A stretch of 61,091 nucleotides of DNA, filler included, from Sphacelaria rigidula (taxonomy: Eukaryota): NCBI GenBank assembly GCA_964200075.2. It is 7 parts of 7 records of this genome, joined end to end, with 100 filler letters (N's around TTAATTAATTAA, not from the genome) between each part and the next. Parts side by side here need not be neighbours in the genome. Positions count along the whole stretch, not along the records: positions 1 to 8,643 come from CAXNAA020010504.1; positions 8,744 to 17,386 come from CAXNAA020010505.1; 5 more parts are not named here. The stretch is one strand, 5' to 3'. Made by a program: the position numbers and the translations under genes. Below, piece by piece: positions 1 through 12,150 of this stretch. The notes beneath the pieces are model-generated. The model saw only the letters and a program-made list of their open reading frames with translations, had not been told where the DNA came from and ran no database searches. Position 1 is the stretch's first letter. Every line of letters starts with the position of its first letter.

Positions 1-5
1 GGGGT

Positions 6-46
<41 letters not shown>

Positions 47-871
47 CTGTTTGAAAAGGAGCGGTGATGAAAATCGATCGCTGCCCGGTGTGGGCATGGG
101 GGTAAAGACTGAATCGTGCATTGCGCATTACTAGTTGTTCGTCGAGTTGGAATTGCCGATAGGGTTCACACCGTGTTCTTCAGGCAGACATCTTAGAGCA
201 TGACGTGATAAACAAGATATGCTGTGTCTCACCCGTTTTATTTGTTGGTCAAGCTGTAAATTGGCGGAACTGAAGCCATATGTGATGTACAGACGTGTTG
301 GCGCAGCATGTTGAAACAAGAGTGAAAGTCGTCACCGATTCTTGGTTATTGGTTGAGTTGTAAGCTGGCAGAACTAGATCCTTCACGAGGTGCGCAAGTA
401 CGTTCGGACAACATGCCTAAACAAAATTGTATCTGAAATCGCCTGTTTTCATTGTTGATCGGTTTGTAGCAAGACAGCTGAGTAAAAAAATACGGCATGC
501 GGCGTGTAGTTGCACATTACATATCGATGACTGTTGCGATGTGACAGCCTCCCGGTTTGTGGAATACTATACTAGGCTTTCGAGATGCAACGGTTTGTGG
601 GATAACATGTTTCATTTTTATTGAGACATGGGGACTGATACGTTTCTGGACATTTCCACTCCTCATGTATCCTGTCGAGCCTCACTATTGGGTTGGGCGT
701 GATGAGAAATTGCTCTCCCCATGATGGGTGTTCGGCTTGACTTTTGGGTGGATCGCGACCAGCGCGTGAGCGCAAAACCTCCGCTGCAAGGACATCCTCC
801 CGATGGATCACTGATGGACGGAGAGAATAATACCCGTCATGCAACAACCCCCTTCCCGTGGCTCGAGATGG

Positions 872-1200
872 GTTGGGGGGGCGGGGGGGGGGGGGAAGCG
901 CGTGCACTCATTGTCTTTCATGCCGTAGTCATACGACCATTGACCTCGCCATCGTACAAAGCAGGAACGGAGCACGCCGGGTTTTCGCCGGACCAGGCTC
1001 GCAATCGATCACCAAGCGCGAAGCGCCGTAATGTGTTCGGCGAGTTGCATGAAGGATGAGCTGCATCCTGCTAGGATTGTTCGGCCCGAAGCGTGTTGAT
1101 TATCTCGCATTTGGACGACAGCCTCCAATGAGTTGCTTCATGTTCTGGTATCGCTACTTCCGGAGACGGCCACGTGCTACAGACTGCCTCATGGGTGTCT
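872..1200 (-). mobile_element. Poly(C)-terminated retroposon-like family A, 5'-truncated copy
   Basis: Aligns with 11705-12005. Minus-strand ORF end ...GRTILAGCSSSFMQLAEHITALRAW* (stop 1009-1011), then about 110 nt of 3' sequence and a C tract (G tract at about 875-895 on +). Confidence 0.75.
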
Positions 1201-4200
1201 CACAAAAATAGGGGGAGGGGGGGGGGGATGATTTGTCGATTTTGTGCTTGCGTGTGCTTGTTGAAAAGGCGTCGAGCAATATCGCGACGTAGGAATTTGA
1301 TATGGATGAAGTGTTTCAATTTGTTTTGACTGAGTAAATTTCAAGTATAGACCGAGTTTCGTGCTCTGAAGAATTGCATCTTGAGGCTTTGAAAAATGGG
1401 GCATGCGTAACATGTGATATGCAGAGTCTTACTGATATGATACAGGTGTGCGTGAAGGGTATTAGCAAAACAAGTCTATTCTGATGGACATGATTTTGTA
1501 ATGTATTTTAAGTATGACGTGAAATCGCCTGGACCGACGCTATGCATCCGCTGTAGTACTTGTAGCATTCGAAGGCGCACGGTGCGCCCATACAAATGCA
1601 TGTTTCTGCTTCTGAAGTATGGAATTTGTTTTTAGCTTGAAAGAGCTTGATTGCGCCTTGGACATACCGACAGTATCTTTTGGCGTGTGACCGCGTTCTT
1701 GAATAACGTTTCAGCGGTAGATTCGGGTGTAACTCTTGAAAAAAGGGGCGCGTCTGCTGCATGAATTTCATTGAAATGCCCTTTGATCGGAACAAGTGTC
1801 AAGGTGTGATATTTTGAGACGAAAGTCCCTGTTGGATGACGTGTGTGATGACGGAAGGTGTTTTGCTCAGATGACTGAATTTGTCCTCTGGATTGCTTTT
1901 TACCAGTCTACCTACTGATATACCACTTAAGGGTGTGTGTGTGTGTGGGGGGGGGGGGGCGTACTCATTTGTTGCTTGCCTGTGTGTGTGTGTGGGCGGG
2001 GGTCCTATGAACCGGGTAAGCGATAGAGTCCACGGTGCTGGATCTACGATACAGCGGTGGGGCATTCGTGTTCTATGTTTTGACCGTTACACGCGGTAGG
2101 GTTTACTGCCCTAGTTGACGTGTTTAGGACCCACGCACGTGTAGTATTGGTAGTCAGCCGAGAGGAGGTCTGCCCGCTCGATCTCGTCCTTCTCTTTGCT
2201 TTGGGTGGCTGTGCAATACCACACTTCTACATCTTGTTGATCGGTTGACGGCCGCGTCCGCTGATCGGCTTCGCCAGTCGCGTCCATTGAATGGACCTAC
2301 GAAACCACAGATCACGAAATATTCATCTCGGTCCGGGTTGTCGTCCAGCTGATCTTGACATAACAGTCCATCAAAACTCCGAATAGAGGGCAAGATCGAC
2401 TGCGCAGTGTGTTGAGACACTTAGATCTCGGCATGCACTCCCCCACATACAACCAACCTGAGCTCAACGCTCCCGGCGCCGCTCTGCCCCCCCACTGCGA
2501 TGGGTTTCCTCTCGTCTGGGCAGTCCCCACCGCGAGAGAGATCACACGTCTGCTACTACCGCGCGGCGATGGGTTTTGGAAGCATCCTGTCGGCTGTGGT
2601 TGCAGTTTGGGCTTTCACCACGCCGGTTAGCTCAGCTGCTTATTGTCTTTCCTACGTCGGCTCTCACGGCTTGTCAGCAACCCAAACCTCGCCGTGTATG
2701 GGTTCAAACTCAGAGCATTTGGCGCTCAGCTCCGTTCTGTCTTGCAGTGAAGATATGCCGAGAGTGAAAGCTTTCACTACGGTTTCGCGGAAGGCATCAT
2801 GAATCTGGGGCAGCCTCGTCAGCACTGAAAATGATGCATCAAAACGAGTAAGTTGTAGGAGGTCGATATGCAAAATGAGACGGACTGGGCACCCTCTTGT
2901 AACGACGATGTTGGCTTTCAGTTCGGCACCTCCGAATCCCCGTCCAACGCCTGTAGCTGCCGTCAGAACCGGAGCATGGATATTCAGTCGGTGATGAGGA
3001 CATATATCCCGCTAGGCATGGGCATGCGCATACATCCTTCAAGCTCGGTGACCCTCTGTATAGCGCGCTGGACCGGAATTTATAGAGTACACTCGCTTAC
3101 ACTAGAATCCGAAAAGATCGTGTCCCACCTGCGCTTGAAAATCAAGTGATAGGCAGGTCTCGCCCCGGCGCGCGTTGTCTCACCCATGGAGATGTCTCCC
3201 GCAGTACTTGGCCGATGGTCATTTCGCGAGCGTACTAGGCAAACCAGAGAGGCGATCGACACGATGGTTGTTACGGTGTCATGTTCGACGCAACGTACCG
3301 TGACCTGGATGGGCGTGGGCGCACTGAAAGGCAAGAGGGTTGTCGGGAGGGTGCCAAGATGCTGAAAGGATACGCCTTGATGGGTTCGAAAAATACGTAC
3401 GGTAGCTCAAAGCACGGATGTGATGCCCTCAGCACTGGTGCAACCGTCCGACGCTCCACGACACGTTCTGCGGTTGCGAATCCCCTGCACATTGGGCAGC
3501 AATGAACGCTTCACGTGCAACATCACTTCCTAGTGGCACAAAAGAAAGGCACTGAGCACGTGGGTCCTCACTTCGCTGAGTCTGGATCCGTGTTTTGCGA
3601 GGTTTGGGTGACAGCAGGTCTTGACAACGAGCCCGGAGAGAAAAATGGACAGTTTTTCGGCGTCCTCTTCATTTCTGAATGCGTTGGCACAGCCAAGATT
3701 CTCTCCAGCACGCCTCATCGTCGTTGTGCATTAGCGCCAGCTTAGATTCTATGGTATTGCCAATTGCCGAGGTGTAGCCAAAAGTTTCGCTATGAGGCAG
3801 AGCGATGCTGCGAGCGTGGAGGTCCGGTCCCTTGCGATTAGGCGAGTGTGTGCCAGGATCTGAGCGCTCAGAGAAGCTGCACACTCAATCCGATCCCCTA
3901 TTTGTTATTATATGGGTGTGATGGGACCTTGATGACGTAAGCGACCCCGCGGCCCAGGCGGAATCCCTCGGAAAGTGGTCGCGTGCAAAAGAAACTGTTG
4001 GGATGCCTACGCGTGGCACGAGAACTCCCCCGACCAAAAAGCAGTGCGAATTCCCCGCTTGAGTTTTCGTCATGGAGGGTCGTAGTGACGCTCGTTCTCG
4101 TCTTATTCACTGAAAATAAAAAATCCCATCCGGTATACTACGACAATTTTTTACGTATACTTTCTTGGCCGTGTCCTGACTCGACAAAAGTAAGAAGTCA

Positions 4201-4807
4201 TTCACAAGAAACATATCGGTATTCGTCAAACTCTCACATCTAGCGGAATATGGCGCCCAAACCCTTTTCGCCATGTAGTCATGCTACGTCTACGCATGCC
4301 CATGCGGACGTTTGTGACTTCATTTCATTATACTAACGAAATTCCAGTGTGAACCCCAAGTTTTTCGCAGTCAAGGGTTCAATTGAAACAAGCGTGCCAC
4401 GATCGGAAGATACGCTGGGGCAAAAATGAAATGACCACATTCATGTGAAGAAAAAAAACGAGTACCGCTATCTAAAACGATGCTGGATACGAGTAACCGT
4501 AACCACGTCGATGCATTTTTGCGTTTTGCATTTCATGTGCAGCATCTGGCGGACGGAAACAAAAGGTGCGCTCGGAGTGGCAGCGTGACGGGTGGGATAT
4601 CGAGGCGGACCTGTCCTCTCTATCTTGCCGGCTAGGTGCCTTCCTCAGCACCAGGAGAAGTTCCCCGCGACTTCGGTGGCGGCGGGTAGCTACTTCCTAC
4701 TCATAGTGCGACGTTTGGTTGCGATATCAAACCTGTGAGACTGATACTATTGGCTGTTGTAGGAGTAGTGGTAGATGTAGGCGAGACTGCGTGACACGCA
4801 CTGGAGC

Positions 4808-5167
4808 ATGACACACGACAACGATCACGAGGGCGGCAATGAAACACCATCAGACGTCACCGCCGACGCATCAACGCCTTCCCGGCGCGAGGCCACCATC
4901 ATCACGAGCGAAGAGCAACCATCATTGCTCATTTGTCCTCACCAGTACGGTGTCGAAGACCTCAGCGAATTAGAAATCGTTGACGAAGAATCCGTCTTGA
5001 ACAACTTCAGGCTAAGGTTTTCGCCGTCGCCGGTCTCATTGTCTGCCGATAATCACCATGGTGGAAAGCTGAAGGCGAGCAGACCCTTCATAGGCGCCGG
5101 CGGCAATGTCATGATCGCGCTTAACCCCTGCCGAGCTTTGCAAGGTGTCTACGACAAGGATATGCAG
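4808..5167 (+). CDS. Myosin motor domain-like gene, exon 1
   Basis: ATG at 4808. Encodes GVEDLSELEIVDEESVLNNFRLRF and VMIALNPCRALQGVY, matching the myosin head N-terminus (VEDLxxL...E..VLxNLxxR; IAxNP purine loop). 360 nt, phase-0 donor CAG|GTATTG. Confidence 0.85.
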
Positions 5168-5699
5168 GTATTGGATCACCATGGTTACCCCGTCAATCGA
5201 TTGGAGTCATCGAATACCACGGCTACGCTGTTTGACTCGATCTTCGCGCTACAACGTTCTCCAATCAATATCCCCCAGTTGCGCGCCTCTTTCGTCATTG
5301 CTGGGCTGTTTCTTATTTTTTATTTCCAATGGTTCGGTGAACTTGACATTTTTGGGGACGAAGAGCAAAAATATATCAGATGTCCAAGCGATCAGAAGTA
5401 TCGACCCTTGGGTTTTTCTCGTTGCCTACACTGTGTGTGCGCGCGGGGGGGGGGGGGTGAGTCCTTTCAACACCTTGCCCATAACGCACTCGTGTTTATT
5501 AAGTGCAACCACATTCCTCACTGAGAAGAGTTCTCTGCGTGGATTCGAGTGGATTGAGTTAGTGGCAAAGGGGGCGGTGTGCGATGAATATATTGACTAG
5601 TGGACACACATCCTGTAAAAAGACATCTGTTCCTGTCTACATCACCATGTCCAACACCTACCAACGTACTACCCTATCACCCGCGTACGACCGGCGCAG

Positions 5700-5955
5700 T
5701 TGAACTACCTAAGGTACAACCGGACAGACCTACCGGCGCACGTATACGCGGTTAGCGCTTCCGCCTACTGGGCATTACACGAATATCGGACCGACGGCCT
5801 ATGCGGTGAAACCATCAGTGATGATGATACTAACGGCCACAACAACAACCAAACCATTGTTATCAGTGGTGAGTCTGGGTCGGGAAAATCCTTCATTGCC
5901 TCCGCACTTCTGGAGCACCTTATTCTGTCGTCAGCAGCAGCAGCAGCAGCAAAGA

Positions 5956-5986
<31 letters not shown>

Positions 5987-6170
5987 GACAGCGACAGCGA
6001 CAGCGACAGCAAAGATAGAGATGGATCAAGTAGATAGTGGCAATGATGCCGAAATTGGTGGACGTGAAGAACAGCAGGGCGGTAGTAGCGAGGAGAAACG
6101 AGGGAGGTTGCTGTACGAGCTGGCTTCTTGCCAGAGGGTAATCTTGGAGGCGTTCGGCAATGCTAGGACG
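5700..6170 (+). CDS. Myosin motor domain-like gene, exon 2 (P-loop)
   Basis: Acceptor GCAG|, donor ACG|GTGGGG, 471 nt, phase 0/0. Contains LPAHVYAVSASAY, NQTIVISGESGSGKS (P-loop) and ILEAFGNART. Confidence 0.92.
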
Positions 6171-6654
6171 GTGGGGAAAATATGGATAAAGCTCAACGTG
6201 AAATGATAAGTGTGGAGTATGACACTTATCTAGAGTCCATCTGGATATCCACCCTAAGCTAGAAGTGCGCATTAATGCTTGCGAGTTTTCGGTCGAGATC
6301 TGAGAACTGCCACCACTTGGATGTGTGCGCAATGCGGCAGTAGATAGAGTACGAACAGTGCTTCATTCACCAACCGTCTGAAGGTCAAAGTATTGAAACG
6401 AGGACGCGTCATTCATCTCACGACCCTTTCCCAGCTGACACAGCATCCTCTCGGTACGGCGCAGGCTACAGGTTGCTGTGCTCATCACGTGTTCCCCCTC
6501 CTGAAACATGTTTTGCCTCCTCACACTATGCAATGTACTCAGGCGTGCTCTCATTTTTCTCACACGCACTCCCGGCGCTTCGTTTTTTCTGATATATCCC
6601 GCTAACGACGATGTTCACGTATTGTACAACGGACTGTGACCGTGCATTGTACAG

Positions 6655-6867
6655 ACGTTGAATGAGAGCAGTAGCCGTTTCATCGCCAACACCAAGGTCG
6701 TGTTCGCTGCCGCCAGCGATGGCAGCAGCGGCAGCAGCTTCGCCGTCGATGCCGATGGCGCCGTTTTCCGAGTCGCCGGGGCGGAAGTGGTCACGTGCTC
6801 ATTAGAGGCGTCGAGGCTTTTTCCCGGACGACCGGGGAGCGGGAGCAACTTCCATGTGTTTTATCAG
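6655..6867 (+). CDS. Myosin motor domain-like gene, exon 3 (switch I)
   Basis: Acceptor ACAG|, donor CAG|GTTTTG, 213 nt, phase 0/0. TLNESSSRF (switch I), SLEASRL and NFHVFYQ correspond to the canonical NxNSSRF, LLEKSRV and NYHIFYQ. Confidence 0.9.
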
Positions 6868-7974
6868 GTTTTGTACTCCACGTTTCATTCGTTGTTCTTG
6901 AATGTGTGTGTAGAGTGCATGTTGCCTTCCCCGTCACAGGCACGATACATGGCAATGAATAATGCTACCGGTTTCGGCGGATGGTACCGTGCAGGTGCAC
7001 TGGCAACTGTGATTCCTCCTCGGCTACGATTCAGCTGCAAGTCCATTTTTTCCCGTAGAGTTTACCTCCATTTCGTAGCACAAAATTTATGGTTGAAAAA
7101 TTGCTTGATTTTAGTGTAAACAGAGATTTTCGGATCTTGGTGGGGCTGACAGTCTCGAGCGCTCCTAGCATGCGTAGAACGTGTTTTTGTCCAAATCGGC
7201 GTCTGGCATCGACTTGAGTGCTGCCAAAACACATTTTGCCTGGGGCACCTTTTGTACCCCCGTTGCCGGAATTTTTTCTGTATACCTCGGTTCGGGTTAT
7301 AGAGGGAGAGTCAGGGTTTCGGTTTATCGTTATTCAAGACACGTGTCAACCATGGATTTGGGGCTACGAACTGGGGTGAACCTCTCCTCCCCATTTCACT
7401 ACGAGTTCATCAATTTCAGTCCATTCGAGTGCGACGAAGATTGGATTGTCTCCTACTAATGCTCACACGCAGGAATGATCCCCCACGAGAACATACTAAC
7501 GCTACCACTTACTCACTGCAGAGTAGACTCTAACTTTCTCCCGCCGCAAATAAATTAGGGATGTCTCGCCGAGGGAAATGAAATTACGCAGAGCGTGAGA
7601 CTTGCATGTTTTTTTCTTGTGGCGCTGTCTGACGTCCACTGTGGTTTCGTTGAGTCTGGCTATCGGATGTTTGTCAACTCTGTTTGCGGCAACGATCGGC
7701 AACCAGATCTTTGGTCATATTTCTACAGCTTTCTAGTGTAATTGATTATTAGTACATTTTTTCTTGTGCTTTTCAAAATCACGGAGATCCTACAACCATA
7801 CGGCAATGCGAATATGCTCCTTCTCAATCGTGCCAAAAAAAATAAGCTAACCCGACTTCTTCATCGCCATTGCCGCCGCCGCCGCCTAGTCATCGAAACG
7901 CGGCAACGCGCACCATTTTCAGAGGCATGCGAATGTCTATGTGTTTCCCCTCCTTGTGCTGTTTTGTAACGCAG

Positions 7975-8400
7975 ATCTTGCACGCGGACGATGACGTCAA
8001 ACGAAACCTCTTCCTCGACGGTAGACACGAGGCAGATTTCCGTATCACCATCGCCCAGTCGGAGTCTCGCCCGCGACAGGGAAACGTCGAGGAACGAACC
8101 TTCCATCCTTCTCCTGCTGCCGCTCCTTCTTCTCCTCCTCCCCTGGACACATCACCGACGCCATCACCACCGCTATCTGCGAACCTTGCGGGCCCTTGTT
8201 GTTGGGCAAGCAACGATTCGGGGACTGTTGACCCAGAATCGTCGATGTCATACTCAGAGACACCTGGCGAACGGGGCGGGTCGTTGGTACACCCGCACGG
8301 GCTGAAGAACGTGTTGGACGCACTGAGCGCCGTAGGCGTGGGGAGAGAGGGGAAGAACGATCTTTTGCGAGGGCTGTCGGCGGTTTTGCATCTTGGGCAG
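7975..8400 (+). CDS. Myosin motor domain-like gene, exon 4 (gene continues beyond the contig end)
   Basis: Acceptor GCAG|, donor CAG|GTGGGT, 426 nt, phase 0/0. Ends ALSAVGV...LLRGLSAVLHLGQ, matching the myosin A(M/L)xxxG...LAAILHLGN motif. Confidence 0.85.
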
Positions 8401-8571
8401 GTGGGTGCAAGAAGCCCCCTGACGCGTCAGTCCCATGGGGTCTTTATCCGCTTAGGTACCGGATCTTCAACCCCCCCGAACGTCTGGAAGCAGCCGTTTT
8501 GTTCTGGATAGGATTCTGGCGGAACCGGTTGATGAAACGAGAGTCAGGATACTGAGGGATATCCGTTCACG

Positions 8572-8611
<40 letters not shown>

Positions 8612-8643
8612 ACGCACGGCCAGTCCCGCCCAAAACAAACGAC

Positions 8644-8743
8644 NNNNNNNNNNNNNNNNNNNNNNNNNNNNNNNNNNNNNNNNNNNNTTAATTAATTAAN
8701 NNNNNNNNNNNNNNNNNNNNNNNNNNNNNNNNNNNNNNNNNNN
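8644..8743. other. Artificial contig spacer (44 N + TTAATTAATTAA + 44 N); identical spacers at 17387-17486, 26129-26228, 34871-34970, 43612-43711, 52352-52451
   Basis: Six identical 100-nt spacers. The core gives stop codons in all six frames. The contigs between them have non-increasing lengths (8643, 8643, 8642, 8642, 8641, 8640, 8640). Confidence 0.98.
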
Positions 8744-8943
8744 ATTTTTTATCGCGAGAGGGGTTCAGTAGTCCCTTTCCCTCGTCAACCGTTAATTCGA
8801 ATTTTGTTTACCCACGACATAGTCGCTCTCCACTGTTGGGCATGGTGTAGGAATAAATAAAAAAATCGCCCCGGGGAATGAACCCCACAACTCAACCACC
8901 AGAAGGTTATGAGGTTACCAACTGAGCCACCGGGGCGACCGGC
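8744..8943 (-). mobile_element. Same tRNA-headed SINE; further copies at 13622-13761, 22955-23170, 40540-40893, 44815-44912 plus 45260-45392, 48895-49157, 53140-53362 (all minus)
   Basis: Recurring + strand text TATCGCGAGAGGGGTTCAG..GTCCCTTTCCCTCGTCGACCGTGAAGTCGAATTTTGTGTACCCAC..CATAGTCGCTCTCCACTGTTGGGCA and/or the reverse-complement head GAGGTTACC.ACTGAGCCACCGGGGCGACCGGC. Confidence 0.85.
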
Positions 8944-11684
8944 TACTGTACGACAATGCTGTACAGCACCGTCAAGCTACTGCTACATGGGGAGTAATCC
9001 ACTTCTGCAGTGAATGCCACGTAAGCTACACATTCTACTACGGCGCTCTTTCGAATCCTGGGGCAGTCGGTGCATTCAACATTATCCGGATGCAGACGCG
9101 CTCCCGACGAAGCTCAGATCATTAGTTGCGGTGTTCCTCGTTCTCAGCATCGGAGCTTCCGATGGGACAGGCGATGCAGCAAGGCGCTCGGCCCGTACGC
9201 CCTCTAATGGTGTCGTGAGGGCAAATTAGTCACGAGCTGCGAGCAGGATCAGGGTATCGACGGGATCACAGGTACTCCGTGATGCTTCAGAAGCAAGCGT
9301 CGAATAATAGTACTATTTAGTAAGTCATGAACCTCCGGTATTTCTATTTTTAACGACCGCAAATGTCGTCTGGCTGGAGCCTGTCCTCGTTCGTGTCGGC
9401 ACCGGAAATAGACTTTGGCCTGTCGATTTTCCTATGTGTTGTTTTTTGTTGTTGTGAGCCCCCCCCCCCCCCTCCCATATTTTCGTTGCCTCTTCTGTTG
9501 AGCTTTTGACCGTTAGTCACGTTCGTTTTCGTTGGGCACATCTAGTTTTTCCCCACCATCGCTGGATTCGTAGCGGATAACTTCATGTGCACCGGTCAAT
9601 CAAGATCAATCATCCCATGACACGTTCCTACGCGTGACTGTCGTGGCAGGCCAACTTTTGACCGGTGGTCCAAGAAGTGCAGCCGCAAAGAATACATCGA
9701 CAGTGTCGAACTCATCCTCACCGAGCGGCTGATGCAACCGCGATCTTCTTTGACGAGTGAGGAGACGAGCCAAAGAAGCAATCTACCAACCCCACCGGGG
9801 AAGAGTGGAGGAAGAACGTCAGTACGCACCAGTCGGTTTAATGCCGACACTTGCGAGCCTGGGGCTCACGAACGAACAAGAGCGTGTTTTGCTGACTGGT
9901 CGTCAATGTGGAGGACGGTGCATTACATCAGCCACGCACTTGGACAAAAGCGTGCAGTCAGGGCGGCTAATATCCCAATCCGTCAAAGTGCAGGAGTAAC
10001 ACAATACAGTGCAGTACAGTGTACTCGTACAGCACAGCACTGCGTGGCACAGCATATCACGGGACCGTATAGTACACTACAGTACTCTCCTACTATGCCC
10101 ATCTGTACACGGACTTGTCACCGACATACGCGACTCCAGCAAGATGTCACGGCAGCAGCGACGCGTCTTGGGGGGTGGTGAGTCAAGCAAATAATGAGCG
10201 TATTTATCTGCGAGAAGATTGGCATGTTTACCATTTTGTGTACGGTAGCTGCTGGCGACTTTGGCCCCCGACCCCGCTGTTGCTACCCGTGGCTAGGGGT
10301 GTATCCTTGAGTGGTATTTTTCGCCTTTGCTGCGTCACTCAGGCGTCGCGTGGGCGCACTTCCCCTCATCGTCTAGGCGGCTTGCTGGAGCTGTTGGTGT
10401 GTTGTATGTGGGTTTGGCAGGTGCGGGTGCTGAAACGCTGTGCTGGAAGAGGTGTAGGAGATTTCTTCATGAATTTCAATACTAAAGCGAGTACCGGGAA
10501 AATGCGTGTCGATTCGTTACTCAAATCGAATAGGTTTTCATCACGGAAGACCTGAGCTGTTCCGAAACACCATTTCTGCAATGTGCTCCAGCGTAGTGGC
10601 ACCAGCTGCTTGGTACGTTTTCGAAGGAAACAGAAAATGAAAGGCATTGGAAATATTTAGTCGCTGCCCGCGTGGTATCGCGCCCTCTGCGGATATGATT
10701 GGTTTTGCATTTGCGGAACAAGACGAAAACATATGGGTAGGCACCGTGTTGACATGGTTCAACGAGAGCCCCAGGTCCTTAAGGGTCAAGCTGAGTACCC
10801 TCGACTCGGTCAGCTGTGCCGACTCTTCTCCGCCTTGAGCGTGCACAAGGAGCGTCAGATGAGAAGCATCACATGCACCCTCGTGCGTTTAGCCAGATGT
10901 TGCCCGGTTATCTTGGTATGGCAGTTTCGATGATGGCCAGGAATTATTGAGTACCCTGGTCTGGACAACAGGGACAATAATTCATTTGACTCTGCACTGC
11001 ATGCGCTCGATCAGCTGCCGACCAGTGCCAAGCACAGCACAATATGGAACATGTGTTCCTACCGAGGTCGTCATAACGCAACTCTGTTTCTTCCCATAAT
11101 TGCCCCGCCTTCCCCGCCTTGATTACCAGGACATCCTGGAATAGAGGTTCTCCCACGTTCGACAGAGCCTGGGTTTGCACAGAACCCCCAACAAGTAGCA
11201 AGCCGGACGTATCTCATGAGACCCTCCACGGTAGGATGCGTCGCGATTCAAGCCACGAAGTTAGGTCTCGCTCTAAGCTAGACCTCGGCGCAGTCGACCC
11301 CCAGTGCGGGTTGGCGCTCACCAAGGAGCAACGCAGGCGGAGCAACCGTAGTAGCGCTGGGCATACGACACGCTGCGTCATCTGCCCCCGCGTACTATCT
11401 AGAGCTACGCCTCTCAGTGACAAGAGTATAGAGACAGGCCTGTTAGGGCATTTGGGGTTCTGCTTGTTGTCATCCACTTACACCATGCGGTTGCCGCACA
11501 TTCTTCGTGGGTGTGCTCCGTGTGCTGGTAAATGTCTCGGCATCTGGGAATCACCATGCTGTTATGGTTTTATGCGATTGTATCTTCATTTCGTTTTGCC
11601 TTTTGCCCACATTGCAGCGGTGGTTTCCGTACGGGTCCGGCCTTCGTTGATGGACGGCCGGCCTGATAGGGTCGTGGTAGTTGA

Positions 11685-12150
11685 GGCCGGGGCGGGGGAG
11701 GGGTGTGTGCCCATGCTCATGCATGCCATAGTCATCTGACCATTGACCTCGCATCTCTACAAAGCCGGGACAGAGCACGCCGGGTTCTCGCCGAACCAGG
11801 CTCGCACTCAATCACCAAGCGCGAAGCGCCGTGGCGTGTTCGGCGAGTCGCATGAAGAGTGAGCTGCATCCTGCCAAGATCGTCCGGCCCGGAGCTTGCT
11901 GATTATCTTGCATTTGGATGACAGCCTTCACCGAGTTGCTTTTATTTTCTGGTATCGCCACTGCCAGAGACAGCCATGGCTTATACATTGCCTCATGGGT
12001 GTCTCGCCATTTCAACACTACGTGGTACGACCATCCCCGTTGTGCGGAGTTGAGGTTCTCCCACGCCGAACAACATGATCTAGCTCGACTACCATCATGG
12101 TTACCGCAGAAAGAAAACGCATGCGCGCAAAATAACGGAAACCTGGTTGC
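11685..12150 (-). mobile_element. Poly(C)-terminated retroposon-like family A, longest copy
   Basis: ORF end ...GRTILAGCSSLFMRLAEHATALRAW* (stop 11812-11814), then the shared GATGCGAGGTCAATGGTC..ATGACTATGGCATGCATGA segment and a degenerate C-rich tail. The 5' boundary is uncertain. Confidence 0.75.

Noticed and set aside
5806-6332. Poly-Q and poly-C/CR ORFs
   Set aside because: They are alternative-frame or antisense readings of the microsatellite in myosin exon 2.
8688-8699. TTAATTAATTAA recurring every ~8.74 kb as a biological periodic motif
   Set aside because: It is always centred in N runs and is a six-frame-stop contig linker.
9650-9960. Possible continuation of the myosin gene (ELILTERLMQ...VHYISHAL)
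   Set aside because: It is on a different contig from the myosin exons, the similarity is weak, and a phase-0 join at the acceptor hits TGA after three codons.
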